64,000 bases of DNA, from the IMG/VR virus record IMGVR_UViG_3300033233_001970; one strand, given 5' to 3'. Positions within the stretch are counted from its first letter, which is position 1, and each line of letters begins with the position of its first letter. Shown piece after piece: positions 36,260 to 47,116 of the stretch. Below the pieces are notes generated by a model. The model saw nothing but the letters and a program-made list of their open reading frames with translations, made no database searches and was not told the DNA's origin. The stretch is from a virus (taxonomy: Duplodnaviria > Caudoviricetes). Both the position numbers and the translations under genes were made by a program.

Positions 36260-37039
36260 ACATCACGATTCGCGTGTCTCCGAAGCCTGGCATCGACACG
36301 TATCACGGACCGAACCGGCACTCTCCGGCGTGCGTTTGCCCGAACTGCATGGACGAGCCGGCGGACATGAAGGTCGAGTTGTCGGATCTCGACGTCGCAG
36401 AATGTCTAGACTGGAGTCCGGATCCAGACAAGGAATACGATTTCTCCGAGATGCTCGATTGGGGATCGGAGCTCAATGCGCGGTTATCGTCGAGGAATCG
36501 TGAAGTACCATGTCCGGATCAAACCGTTCGTGAGCGCGGGCGAAATGTTCGTTCACGGCGACGGAAAGACGTTTGAGATCTTGCCGCTCTCGATCTTTCC
36601 GAGCAGCGACACAACGGTCCTGCGCATCGGTCGAACGATTTACATCTTCGACAAGGACGGCGGGTACGACGGTGTCCTGAGTTTCAGATGCAGGGCTTGC
36701 AAGCGGGAAGTCACGAAGCGATGGCGATCAGTCAGGCTTTAAGCGAAACCGACAAGAACATCGGACGAGCTCCGACGAAGCCTTATTTCGACGTCGGCAC
36801 GGTCGGCTACAGGCACGAGACGGCTGTTTGGCCAACGAAACCTGAGCTGCACGGTCCGGTCGAAGCAGCCATTGCGGGCCCGCCGAAGATGTTTGCGCGG
36901 CTTTGCGACTGCGGCTGGATGCTTCCGTCGACCGTGGATGTCGATGTCGAAGTTCCCAATCTGAAGCTCAAGATCGTGTGCCCACGATGCTCGAAGAAGT
37001 GGGAAAACGAGATCACCAAGCAGTCGTGATGGGGAAGTC

Positions 37040-37687
37040 ATGAAGCGCAAAGACGGATCGACGACCGAACGTTTTTCGGGTGACAGAGACGCCACCGGAC
37101 TCTTTCGCGAGCGCGCCGGTGAACACGTATCGTTCGGGAAAGTAGGCGAAGCTTCTCCCGGAGAGCGTGACGCTCGCGTGTCTGACAAAACGACGACTCG
37201 ATCTAAAGCTGAAGTTCAAGAACTTTTGAAAATACTACGGAGCCGAGGCGATCCCTTCGGTGTCGGAGACGATCCAGAGCTCCAGGAGGCTGCCATGAAG
37301 ATGAGGTGTCCTGGCTGCGATCGAACGTACGAAGAACGTCCCAACAACATCTGCCCTTCGCTCGCGCACTGGCGTGCGTACGCGGAGCTTGTCGAGCGAG
37401 GGACATGCGCGCTCAAGGCCGCCGAGTCCGAGACGAAACGGTTGAGGGAAGCTCTGGTGTTCCTTTCGGACTGCGGCGCAATTGGTATTAGTGAGGCGGG
37501 ATGCATTTTCTGTCTAGCAGCATCAGGCGCCACCCGATCACCTGGTGTTGGAATGCACTGGAAGGGGTGCCCAATTCATTTCGCGCTCGATACGTGCTCA
37601 TTTATCGGTGGCTCCAGTCGCATGTGCGAACGTGGTACGAAAAGCTGTGAAGTGCGGCATGTATCGCGTTCGTCGGAGGTAAAGTGA
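37040..37687 (+). CDS. hypothetical Cys-rich protein
   Basis: 215 aa with RBS GGGGAAG. Confidence 0.5.
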   Translation: MKRKDGSTTERFSGDRDATGLFRERAGEHVSFGKVGEASPGERDARVSDKTTTRSKAEVQELLKILRSRGDPFGVGDDPELQEAAMKMRCPGCDRTYEERPNNICPSLAHWRAYAELVERGTCALKAAESETKRLREALVFLSDCGAIGISEAGCIFCLAASGATRSPGVGMHWKGCPIHFALDTCSFIGGSSRMCERGTKSCEVRHVSRSSEVK

Positions 37688-37850
37688 ACGTATTTCTTCC
37701 TGACGGTATCTCGTGCGACCACGCGCAAATGACCGAATGCTGCGAGGGGTGCGGGCACTTTTCATGTCCGTGCGGCATCTCGTGGGATGAAGGGTTCGAA
37801 GGCCCAGGTCCGATCGATAATGAGTCGTCCACGCTCGCAGATGATGACCG

Positions 37851-38120
37851 ATGACCGAAGAACGCAAAGCCATCGTCGGTACTGAGGTCTACACGTTCCG
37901 CGAAGGCAAGCTCTGGATTGCTGCGTGGCGACGATTTGACGTTGTTGCGCAAGGCGCAACCGAGCGCGAGGCCGTTACACGACTTTGGCGCACGATCGCT
38001 GGGCAAGCGATCGGCGATGCGGAAAACGGCAACCTCACGAGTTTCGGTTCGTGCAAGCCACCGCCTGCGGACGTGCTGCGGCGTTGGCAACAATCGCATC
38101 AAAGAACACATTTTTCATGA
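37851..38120 (+). CDS. HicB-like N-terminal-domain protein (copy 2)
   Basis: WIAAWRRFDVVAQGATEREAVTRL; aligns over its full length with 32272-32544. Confidence 0.55.
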   Translation: MTEERKAIVGTEVYTFREGKLWIAAWRRFDVVAQGATEREAVTRLWRTIAGQAIGDAENGNLTSFGSCKPPPADVLRRWQQSHQRTHFS

Positions 38121-38289
38121 ATCCGTATCGCGTTCCGGAACGGATCAACGAAGTACGGTTTCTCGATTCTCTTTGCACGGGTTGTCGAAATAACTTGGTT
38201 GGACCAAATGCCGACCCTGCACCATGCATTGGATGCGTCAACCATCCGACGTACGTACCGCATGGTAAGCCGCGAAATTCGGAGAAAAC

Positions 38290-38550
38290 GTGATCAAGCA
38301 CGCACTACTCGCATTTCTTTCCGGCACGGCGATTGAAGCATTGTACGCGCTCGGCGTTATTTTCATCAGCGAGCGTCGCGCCGTTGTTTCTGGACTCTTG
38401 TCGATTGCGTGGGGAGCTGCATTTCTCGTTGGCGTAAACGAGTCTTTCAATGGATTGTTGCCTGCGGCGCTGTGGTGTCTCGGGCTCGGCGTCGGCACAG
38501 TAATCGGAGTGCGTCTGAAACGGCGAGCTCCGGGAAAAACGAGTGAGTGA
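38290..38550 (+). CDS. small integral membrane protein (3 TM)
   Basis: three hydrophobic segments. Confidence 0.6.
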   Translation: MIKHALLAFLSGTAIEALYALGVIFISERRAVVSGLLSIAWGAAFLVGVNESFNGLLPAALWCLGLGVGTVIGVRLKRRAPGKTSE

Positions 38551-40128
38551 TGTGTCATTCCTCCGAGGAAACCTACGACGTCTATGACGAAACGAAGCGC
38601 CAGGCGCGCAAGCGGCACGCGTGCAGCGCGTGCAAAGAAATCATCGAACCGAAGGACTTCTACTGGCACGTCGCTCTCATTTTCGATAGCGAGGCACGGA
38701 CGATCAAGCGTTGCCTTCGGTGCCAAACGATCCATGTTCATCTTCGCAGCCTTTCCGACGAGCTCTGGCCGGACGAGCGGTTGAACTGCGGCAACGAGTA
38801 CGAGGAAATGTGGGGCCGTCTCCCGCCCGAGACGATTGCCGGCCTTGCGTTCAAGACGCGCCAGGAGATGCAACGCGTGGGAAACGAGAAATGAGCGCAG
38901 CATTGGTCAGTCGACCGGCTAGCAAACGAGTTGAGGTGGGCCGATCCACTCAGATCGCGCTCGATCGCATAACAGACGCGCTCGTGTGTTTGACGTTTCA
39001 CCAAAGACGTCGCGTGCTCTACAGCGCAGCGGTTCTGTATGGAATTATTCGGCTTGATCAGCCGAATCGTCGGCCAGCAAAAACGCGGAGCCGCTCATGA
39101 CCGAACGCTCCGACATCGTGATTCTCGCGTACAAGCGTGTCGAGTCGCTCCGCGCCGAGGCGAAACGGCTTGGCTTCTGTCGCGCGTCGCGTGATATGCG
39201 CGTGCAAGCCGAGGCGATTCGAGAATTCGCGCTCGATCTCGTAGGTGGCAAGCATCTCGAAGAGTTCGACGACAGGTGGCAGAAGGACGAGGCGTGATGA
39301 TCCAGTTCTTCGATTTCAGTTTGTCCGACTTCATTTTCCTGATCATCAAGCTCGCGATTGCCGCCGTCGTTCTGCGATGGTTTCTCGGCCTCATTCACGA
39401 AACCTTTTTCCCGAACCTCTTTCGAAGAAACAAAGCGAAGACTGCCAAAAATCTCGAAGATGCGAAACCAAAGCGGCGCGTCGTTATCAAGCACACCGGC
39501 CCAAAGCTCCGCGTTGAGAAGGTCTTCCACATCGGCGCCCCTGACGGGCGTATCGAAATTGTTGTCGCAAGCGAAGAAGAAGAGGCTAAGCGCGTCGGCG
39601 CAGCTTCGCTCGGCGTGAGCGAAGAAGACGTCGTGTCCTCCGAGGTCTACGACAAGGTGGTGCGCAAATGAGATCGATGTTCCTTCTGCTCAAAATGCTT
39701 CACGAGCGCTTTCCGTGCATGGAAGGCGAAGGCTGGCCAGGTCATAACGTGCGACTGCAAGACGGTGTGCTGGTCGTCTACGTGTTCCTTGGAGTGGACG
39801 TCGACAACAAGGGGATGTGGCAATCGATTGATCTCCAAGATGACTACGATCGTAACGCGGTCGAAGTTTTTCGTGAGATCGTTCCGCTGATCGAAGAGGC
39901 TGTACGCGAGGATGAGAAATCATGATCGAAGATCCGAAGAATTGCCCGAAGTGCAACGGCGAAATCACGTTCGGCTTCGGGCTCGCCGGAGGAGGCACGA
40001 AGAACGACGACGGGGAAACGGTTCCCGGAGCGTACTGGATGTGCCTCGACTGCGACTGGATGGGGCCGGAGCCGCAGGAAACAATCTGCTTTCCGCACGG
40101 CCTGGTGCGGCAGGCTACCGAGTCATGA
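38547..40128 (+). other. run of small coupled hypothetical genes (38547-38894, 38891-39100, 39097-39297, 39297-39671, 39668-39925, 39922-40128)
   Basis: consecutive overlapping ORFs; several Zn-ribbon motifs. Confidence 0.55.
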
Positions 40129-40427
40129 GTCAGCAGCCTCTTTTCCCAGAGGAGAAGCGCTTCGTCGTGCACTGCAAACAGCCGCACGACGTCTACATCG
40201 GTCGCCCATCGGACTTCGGTAATCCGTTCACGCATCTGGAGTACGGTCTTGCAAAATTCAAAGTCGCTTCACGCGAAGAAGCTATCGAGAAATTCGAAGT
40301 GTGGCTCTTGGCCCAGCCCGAGCTTGTCGCCCGCGTCAAACAAGAGCTCAAAGGCAAAGTCCTTGGTTGTTGGTGTGCTCCGAAAAAATGCCATGGCGAT
40401 ATTCTCGCAAGGATTGCCAATGAGTAA
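40125..40427 (+). CDS. DUF4326-domain protein
   Basis: VYIGRPSDFGNPF...LKGKVLGCWCAPKKCHGDILARIAN. Confidence 0.9.
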   Translation: MSQQPLFPEEKRFVVHCKQPHDVYIGRPSDFGNPFTHLEYGLAKFKVASREEAIEKFEVWLLAQPELVARVKQELKGKVLGCWCAPKKCHGDILARIANE

Positions 40428-40553
40428 GCAGAAACGACGAAGGATCGGCGCGTTCGTCGATGCCATGCTGCCTCTATGGGCGCTTCAGGTGGCCTGCTTC
40501 CGCGTCACGCAAACCTGGTTTCATAGTCCCGATCACAATTTGGAGTATTTGCG

Positions 40554-40748
40554 ATGATCGAATACGGAGCGCTGGAAGTGATCGAACGGTTCGGCGGCAT
40601 CGACGGCGAGCACCACAAGCAATGGGTGATCGATCAGGTCGCGCGTGCATTGCTTGGCGGTCGCTACGAAGATTGGGTGCGGGAAATGAACGGCCCAGAC
40701 GAGAATGGCGAAACCTACGAGCCTTGGAATATTGGGATTGCGCCATGA
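40554..40748 (+). CDS. conserved phage hypothetical protein
   Basis: GGIDGEHHKQWVIDQVARAL...WNIGIAP. Confidence 0.65.
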   Translation: MIEYGALEVIERFGGIDGEHHKQWVIDQVARALLGGRYEDWVREMNGPDENGETYEPWNIGIAP

Positions 40749-41305
40749 GAATGACGTTCTGTGCGTCGTGCGGTCGGCGGCGTGATGAGCATCCATGGAT
40801 GCTTACGTTCGAAGAAATGGAGAAGCGGCCCGAGTTAAAGGGTCGCGTGATAGCCTCCACCATGGATGGCTGTCGATATTTTCGGCCGGTGCCAGAACCC
40901 ATTGTTCGCGTCGGCGTCGCTGTCATCGTGCGCCGAGGCGCGCTCGTGCTCATGGGCAAGCGCAAGGGTAGCCACGGAGCAGGAACGTGGAGCTTTCCTG
41001 GCGGCCACCTCGAGTTTGGCGAGACCGTGTTTCAGTGCGCCTCACGCGAGCTCGAGGAAGAGACGGGGCTTTCTCTCGCCTCGCCGCGTAAGCTCACCTT
41101 CACGAATGACATCTTCTCCGTCGAGGATAAACATTACGTGACGCTTTATGTAGAGGGCGACAACTACGACGAGGAGCCAACGGTCAAGGAACCGGACAAG
41201 TGCGAGAAGTGGTGCTGGTTCGCCGCGCCGCCGTCACCACTGTTTCTGCCCGTACAAAACCTTATCAATTCAGGTTTCAATATTTTCAAGATGGCGCGCA
41301 TATGA
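40745..41305 (+). CDS. Nudix hydrolase (NUDT15/MutT-like)
   Basis: Nudix box [25 protein letters not shown]; [10 protein letters not shown]; [11 protein letters not shown]. Confidence 0.92.
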   Translation: MRMTFCASCGRRRDEHPWMLTFEEMEKRPELKGRVIASTMDGCRYFRPVPEPIVRVGVAVIVRRGALVLMGKRKGSHGAGTWSFPGGHLEFGETVFQCASRELEEETGLSLASPRKLTFTNDIFSVEDKHYVTLYVEGDNYDEEPTVKEPDKCEKWCWFAAPPSPLFLPVQNLINSGFNIFKMARI

Positions 41306-41868
41306 GCACAGAAATTTACATCAGCGTCGACATCGAATCGGATGGCCCGATTCCTGGCCCAAACTCCATGCTCAGCCTCGGCGCAGCGGCGTTCACGCCA
41401 GAGAAAGGTCTCGTGAGCACGTTCTCCGAAAATCTGCTCGAGCTTCCAGGCGCGAAACCCGATCCGATCACGAAGAGTGAGTTTTGGGACAAGAATCCGG
41501 AAGCGTGGGCCGCGTGCCGCAAGGACGCGCGCGATCCGAAGATAGTGATGGGACGCTTTGTCGAGTGGTCCAAGAAGCTCGGCAAAAAGCCTGTATTCGT
41601 GGGTTACCCGGCAGGATTCGATTTTCTTTTTGTCTATTGGTACATTCGATACTTCGGCTTCGAGAGCCCATTCAGCTTCTCAGCGCTCGACATCAAGACG
41701 TACGCCTCGGCAATACTCAAGATGCTCTACCGCGACTCCACGAAAAAGAACATGCCGAAGCGCTGGTTTCCGAAAGACAGGCCCCATACGCACGTCGCGC
41801 TCGAGGACGCCATCGGACAGGGCGAGCTCTTCATGAACATGCTACGCGAAAACACGGGAGCGTCGTAA
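41302..41868 (+). CDS. DEDDh 3'-5' exonuclease
   Basis: VDIESDG (ExoI), GFDF (ExoII), HVALEDA (ExoIII). Confidence 0.88.
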   Translation: MSTEIYISVDIESDGPIPGPNSMLSLGAAAFTPEKGLVSTFSENLLELPGAKPDPITKSEFWDKNPEAWAACRKDARDPKIVMGRFVEWSKKLGKKPVFVGYPAGFDFLFVYWYIRYFGFESPFSFSALDIKTYASAILKMLYRDSTKKNMPKRWFPKDRPHTHVALEDAIGQGELFMNMLRENTGAS

Positions 41869-43172
41869 TGCGCGCATGGATCAAGCACTGGCCTTTTTTC
41901 GTATGCGTAATGCTTGTCGCTGCATTTCTTTTTACGATGTTCGCGCTTCCTCCCGCGCAAGAAAACAAGAGCAAAAACATCTCGGCCATGGAGCAGAAGA
42001 ACGAGTGCCTCGACGCGGGTCTTGCGTTTCGATGCACCGTCAGCGTGGGATGGGTGGGCGCAAATCGCGCCTCCTGGACGACGTGCGGGTGCGAGGCGAA
42101 GTGACCGAGGATTATCCCGAACACGGTACCCTCTGCGCGCGATGCGGTGGCTTGCTAGAGGACGGCACACCGTTACCCATTTCGACGCCTACACCTGATG
42201 GACTAAAGATCATCGCGTGGCTCTGCCCTCTTTGCTCGCTCCATTCCTTCGACGAATCAACGCCTGTTTGCGGAGTTTGCGGGAAAAGCGACGGCGATCA
42301 TTCTCTTTGCCCTCGACGATTCATTGAACGCTTACAGTCGAAAAGAAGGTGAAGCGATGTTCCGCGTTTCTAGGGACAGTTTTCGTGACGATGACCCGAG
42401 TTTCTCGATGTTCGACTTGGCCATCGCCGAAGCGCGTGACCGCTCGAACAACGGACAAGTTTTCTACGTCACGGAATTCGCGCCGTCGGCGCGCGTCTGC
42501 GGACGAGCTCGACGTGGCATGTGGTACCGCATCTGCCCAAAGTGCAACAGCGTTTCGCTTCCCGATGCTGCGGCTTGTATGAAGTGCAACGGCGATGGGT
42601 ACATTCCATGAGTTTCGAGAAATGCGACTGCGGCCTCATCGCGTGTGTGTGTGACGAAGCTCGGACGCACCGGGAAGGATGCAGGTACAGGCGCGTGCTG
42701 CTCGCGCCGATCGCCTTCCCGTGCGATCACGGTTTCGACGTTTGCCCTCGATGCGATCCGTGCACGTGCCACGAAATGGAGTTAGCCAAATGATCACCAA
42801 ACAGCAAGCGCGCGAGTATTTTCGTGAAAACCTCAAGATGCATCGCGCTTCCGGCGTGCCCGACGACGGCATCGCGGAGATGTTTGCGTACTGGATGATG
42901 GGGCACATCGAGCTCGTCGCCAAAGAGGTGCAAGAGGAGACCGAGAAACGCGTCCGCGATGCTTGCAAGCCGTGGCGCGACGACGGGCTAACCGATGGCT
43001 GAAAGGACGAGAAAATCGGAGGAGTTTTGAGGGTACACGGTCTTCGTTTCGAAGATGACGAGCTACCTCACGACGGCTTCAACCTGCTGACGCTACGAAG
43101 CAAGCTCGTTCCGTCAAACGGTCCAGCCGTTACGATCAGCGATCGGGATCGCTCGCGAACAGCAAATGAAAT

Positions 43173-43841
43173 TTACCGAGCCGCCGGCTGCCCATCGAGA
43201 AGCGAAACGCGCACCGCGCCAGCTCCGCCCATCGTAGCGCCTTGAAATTGGCACGGGACGTCGGGTTTGTACTGCGTTCCGGTTTTGCAGCCGTCGCTTC
43301 CCGGTTTCATTCCGCACGACGGTTTTTGACGAGCTACACAAATGTCGCATCCCAAAGGAAACACGCCGAAAACCTTCTCGTTGTTCGTAGCTCCCCACAC
43401 CGGTCCGAGTGGAGTTCGTTTTCCGCCCTCGGTCGACTCGATGAGTACCTCGCTGCTGAAGCCGTCGACCAAGCTGATATCGAGGATGTTGTACCACTTT
43501 GGATTGTTGACATTGAGCTCCGCCTTCGTCACACCGCACGTGACCGCTGCATTGAACGACACGGTGACGTTCATGTACTGACCGTTGGTCGGCACCGTTC
43601 GCGCACCATGGTTCGCGAGAGGAAATGTGCAGTTGAGCCCCGATCCCGTACAGAAATCCAACGATGAGGGCAAAACGACCGAATCGGCACCAAACGCGAG
43701 ATACACTACCGCGTCCTTCGAAGTTTCGTTGGTGATCTCGACGGTGGTTTTGCCACATGAAGCGGCCGGCGCCTGGGTCGGGCAACAGGCAGCGATCACC
43801 AAACAGGCAACGACGCTAGAGAACGAGTGATGTCGAATCAT
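43173..43841 (-). CDS. thaumatin-family lipoprotein
   Basis: signal peptide ending IAAC; TKAEL and DISLVDGFS thaumatin motifs; multiple Cys. Confidence 0.7.
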   Translation of the reverse strand: MIRHHSFSSVVACLVIAACCPTQAPAASCGKTTVEITNETSKDAVVYLAFGADSVVLPSSLDFCTGSGLNCTFPLANHGARTVPTNGQYMNVTVSFNAAVTCGVTKAELNVNNPKWYNILDISLVDGFSSEVLIESTEGGKRTPLGPVWGATNNEKVFGVFPLGCDICVARQKPSCGMKPGSDGCKTGTQYKPDVPCQFQGATMGGAGAVRVSLLDGQPAAR

Positions 43842-43871
43842 GAGCAAAATCTATCACAGTAACGGAGAACC

Positions 43872-44126
43872 ATGAGCTCTAACGAACATCTCGAAATTGC
43901 TTTGATTGCGCTTCGGCACATTGCCGGCCTCGACCACGCCGACGGTTGCCACGCAGAGTGTTCAGCCGACTCGTGCGGCTGCTACGTGACGACGCTCGAA
44001 GAGATGCGTGTTATCGCCTCTGAGGCTGTACACGAGCTCGAGGGCGAGATCATTCGTCCGAGACCGCACGATCGCGAAGATCGGCTTACGGCGCGCAACA
44101 ACGTGACGGATTACCGAGGTCGCTAG
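43872..44126 (+). CDS. hypothetical protein
   Basis: 84 aa with RBS GGAG. Confidence 0.5.
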   Translation: MSSNEHLEIALIALRHIAGLDHADGCHAECSADSCGCYVTTLEEMRVIASEAVHELEGEIIRPRPHDREDRLTARNNVTDYRGR

Positions 44127-45280
44127 ACGTTTGAGCGGTATGCGATCATGGTGGCGCCCGTAGGGCCGAGCGTTCCGCCGCCCGCCGAGGCGTCCGCTAC
44201 GAATTCAAACGTGTAGGGCACGTTCAGCGGTGTTATTTGTGCGGCAGGAACGCGGGCCACAATCGAAAACTCCTTCGCTTCGAGCGCCGCAAATCCAAGC
44301 GTTCGCGTAACAAACGGGAAGGGTTGTCCGGCGACTTGAAGTCCTACGTTGACGGAGCCTGGTGCCGCGTCTTTGGCAATGATGCAGGTGGCGTGGAGAT
44401 CAATAAATTGGCCGGTTCCTGGTGTCATCGCGATCGTTGCGCAGATCGGTGTAAAGACAGCTCCAGGAAACGCGCTTCCGGCGCCGTTGTCCGCGTACGC
44501 GCTCTCGAGCAGGGCGCGATATTTGATGATGGGTACAACCGTACCACCGGGAAGCGCTGCGGCTTGCGCCGTTGCGAAGAGCGCGGCCGATGATCCGATC
44601 TGTACAGAGAGCGCCGAGAGTGCAGCGGTCTTCCCGAGCGTATTCATATCGATCATCGAAAGATCGAGCATGAAAAACGCGAGCACTGTGAAAGCGGTAA
44701 CACCGTCCGCGAAGAACACGGGCGCTGTGCCCGTGCCCACGTGAAATCCATCGTGAGTAATGACGAGTGCAAACCCGCCGTCGTCGGCTTGCAGAAACGG
44801 CGCTGTGCCCGAGGTCGTGATGCTGCCTTGACCCAAGTAGAGAAGCGAGTTCGCTCCGGTCGGGATGGTGATAGTGGGCGTCGCGCCCGCTTGAGTCATG
44901 TTGAGGCGACTGATAACGCCAATGCCAGAAAGGTGCGCGCCGTCGTCGAAGATGAGCGTGGTAACGTTGAAATTGAACGGGGCGGTACCCGGCGTTCCAA
45001 CGAGCGTAACGTCGTCACGATTGCCGAAGTTCCACGTTCCCGCAGGGATATGGACGGGATTGACGATGCCTCCGTCGATTTCGATGACGCGAGGCCCTTG
45101 GACCGCTGTACACGCCGCCGCGAGAGTCGGCCAGTCCGTGTAGACGTTCTTGTTGGCTACGCCGCCAGGTCGAAATACGAAGGTCGTCTGCTCAGCCGCA
45201 GAGGAGGCAATCGCGCTATTCGCTCGAGCGATGGCGAGGTCGATTTCAGGACGACGGATGCTTTCATCTCGATGGCGCAT
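44123..45280 (-). CDS. Gly/Thr/Ala-rich beta-structured protein, possibly virion-associated
   Basis: 385 aa; FVFRPGG...NVYTDW N-terminal motif; fibre-like composition. Confidence 0.55.
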   Translation of the reverse strand: MRHRDESIRRPEIDLAIARANSAIASSAAEQTTFVFRPGGVANKNVYTDWPTLAAACTAVQGPRVIEIDGGIVNPVHIPAGTWNFGNRDDVTLVGTPGTAPFNFNVTTLIFDDGAHLSGIGVISRLNMTQAGATPTITIPTGANSLLYLGQGSITTSGTAPFLQADDGGFALVITHDGFHVGTGTAPVFFADGVTAFTVLAFFMLDLSMIDMNTLGKTAALSALSVQIGSSAALFATAQAAALPGGTVVPIIKYRALLESAYADNGAGSAFPGAVFTPICATIAMTPGTGQFIDLHATCIIAKDAAPGSVNVGLQVAGQPFPFVTRTLGFAALEAKEFSIVARVPAAQITPLNVPYTFEFVADASAGGGTLGPTGATMIAYRSNV

Positions 45281-45337
45281 GCATCAGATCTATCACTTGC
45301 CGTTCGAGAACGAAACTATGTTTCTGCCGGCAATCAG

Positions 45338-45658
45338 TTAAGCAGCTCCTCGACACTGATCTGCGCGCAAACCGGCGACACTTCGATGGGGTTCAAAGGG
45401 AAGTCGCCGTTGGAGCCGACGAGATTGATCTGTACGGGTTAGCGGTGCCGCCGGTGTCCCGCCCTGCATCTGCTTGATCGTCGCGCCCGAGTCGAGCATC
45501 ACGATCTTGTTGATCGTGTCGCCGCTCAGCTCGACGACGCGGTTGGCGCCTAGAGGTCCAACGACGTTGCCGGCTAGAAGGCCACCACCGGACGGAGAGG
45601 GAAGCGGATACGTAGAGGCCGCAAATCCTGCACCCTGACTTCCTCTACGAGCGCTCAT
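45338..45658 (-). CDS. short Gly-rich protein (tail-fibre-like LAGNVVGP motif; may be frameshifted)
   Basis: GGGLLAGNVVGPLGANRVVEL; composition changes near the C-terminus. Confidence 0.4.
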   Translation of the reverse strand: MSARRGSQGAGFAASTYPLPSPSGGGLLAGNVVGPLGANRVVELSGDTINKIVMLDSGATIKQMQGGTPAAPLTRTDQSRRLQRRLPFEPHRSVAGLRADQCRGAA

Positions 45659-45694
45659 TCCATTACTTCTATCACTTGTCGTCCGAAAATTATT

Positions 45695-45997
45695 CTATTT
45701 TTCATCGCGAAGCGTCTGGTACGCCGCCCACGACAAGACGCCTACCTCGACGGCGCCCGTCGCGGCAACCGTGTAGTAAATGAGCTCTTTTCCGCGAAGT
45801 CCGGCAATAAACAGCCCTCCCGCGACAAGGGCTCCACGGCAAATCATCGAGCCCACGACGCGCGCGACGTCAACGTAGAGCTCGTGTTTGCCCTGCATGA
45901 GATCAATGGCGGTGCTTCCCGAAGGAAGACCTGGTTTGCAAACGAGATCGCTGTTTGCCAAAGAAGGATTTCGCGCGCGTGCGCGACGGCGCCTCAT
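45695..45997 (-). CDS. small membrane protein with N-terminal RNP motif
   Basis: MRRRRARARNPS...; two hydrophobic helices. Confidence 0.55.
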   Translation of the reverse strand: MRRRRARARNPSLANSDLVCKPGLPSGSTAIDLMQGKHELYVDVARVVGSMICRGALVAGGLFIAGLRGKELIYYTVAATGAVEVGVLSWAAYQTLRDEK

Positions 45998-46464
45998 GAT
46001 TTGCACCCAACTCCGTTAACGATCTCGATTTTCCACCACGGCGGGTACCGTTCGCTGTCGATGCGACGCATCATGGCGTCGATCGTTCTTCGCGGAACGC
46101 CGTGAAGACCGCGCGACGCTGCCGTTTCCGGGTCGCACCGCACGCGGATCACTTTCGACATGTACCCAAACGCCGCCGCGAGCGCCATGTAGGGAGCGAT
46201 CTCGACGGTCGACGTGTTCGTGTTGTCGACGACCACCACATGAATGCCGGACTCGATGGCGTCCAGAAAATTACGAAGGCATTCGGCGTGCGCTTCGCCT
46301 AGTTTGGATACGTCGAATTTGTATCCTTGAGGCGTTTCGAAGAAATGATCGGCGGACACGACACGCGTGCGATGCCCTTGCCCCTTGGCCGCCGCCGCGA
46401 TTTGTTTCGCGAGCGTGCTTTTGCCGGAGCCGGAGACGCCTTGCATGACGATGACTTCTTTCAC
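45994..46464 (-). CDS. AAA_33 / polynucleotide-kinase-like P-loop protein
   Basis: GVSGSGKST, SADHFF, VVVDNTN, HGVP. Confidence 0.88.
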   Translation of the reverse strand: MKEVIVMQGVSGSGKSTLAKQIAAAAKGQGHRTRVVSADHFFETPQGYKFDVSKLGEAHAECLRNFLDAIESGIHVVVVDNTNTSTVEIAPYMALAAAFGYMSKVIRVRCDPETAASRGLHGVPRRTIDAMMRRIDSERYPPWWKIEIVNGVGCKS

Positions 46465-46489
46465 GGACGAGACCTTTCGGCGGAGTATG

Positions 46490-47116
46490 TCATGGAAGTC
46501 GAACTGCTTTTTCTTCGGCTTTCGTCAGCACGACAGCCGGAAGTGTCTTAACGCCCATCCGAATCGCTTTGCCGATACGGTGCCATCCGTCGATTGGTAG
46601 AGCGCCGTACTTCGTCACGATGACGATGAGTGGAACGCGAAGTTTGATTACCTGATCTTCGACCGGAAACTCGAGATCGCGGTCAACTCGTTTCCAATCG
46701 ATGCCGACGAGAGGAGCAAGCGGTCGCAGATCGATAACCTTGAAGGTGACGAGCTTGCGCTCCGGCTTGCTCGCCAGGATCATCTTGGCTTTGCCGATGT
46801 TCCAAGCGTCCTGGCCAAACCGAAAATACTCATGCGAATGCTCGGTCGCGTTCCAGTCGGCAGGATCCCAGCGCTGAGCAGGGTTTTGAGTCACGGTATT
46901 TCTCGTCGCAAGGAGTCCGATGAGCACGCCTGTGCCACCGCCGACAAGAATGGACGAAAGAGCGTGTCCCAGGATGCCCTTGCTCTTGTCTGGACCGCCG
47001 TACTCGTCTGAAAACGACGCGAAGCCGCCCGCAACGACGCCTCCGGCCATCGCTAGGACGGCGCCCACGCCTGCCCAGACGCGTCCCGTAGGGTTTTCCA
47101 TGGCTTCGGATGTCAT
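46490..47116 (-). CDS. membrane-anchored ParB/Srx-like domain protein
   Basis: ENP plus two TM helices, then PLIV...IDGWHRIGKA...GVKTLPAVV. Confidence 0.65.
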   Translation of the reverse strand: MTSEAMENPTGRVWAGVGAVLAMAGGVVAGGFASFSDEYGGPDKSKGILGHALSSILVGGGTGVLIGLLATRNTVTQNPAQRWDPADWNATEHSHEYFRFGQDAWNIGKAKMILASKPERKLVTFKVIDLRPLAPLVGIDWKRVDRDLEFPVEDQVIKLRVPLIVIVTKYGALPIDGWHRIGKAIRMGVKTLPAVVLTKAEEKAVRLP

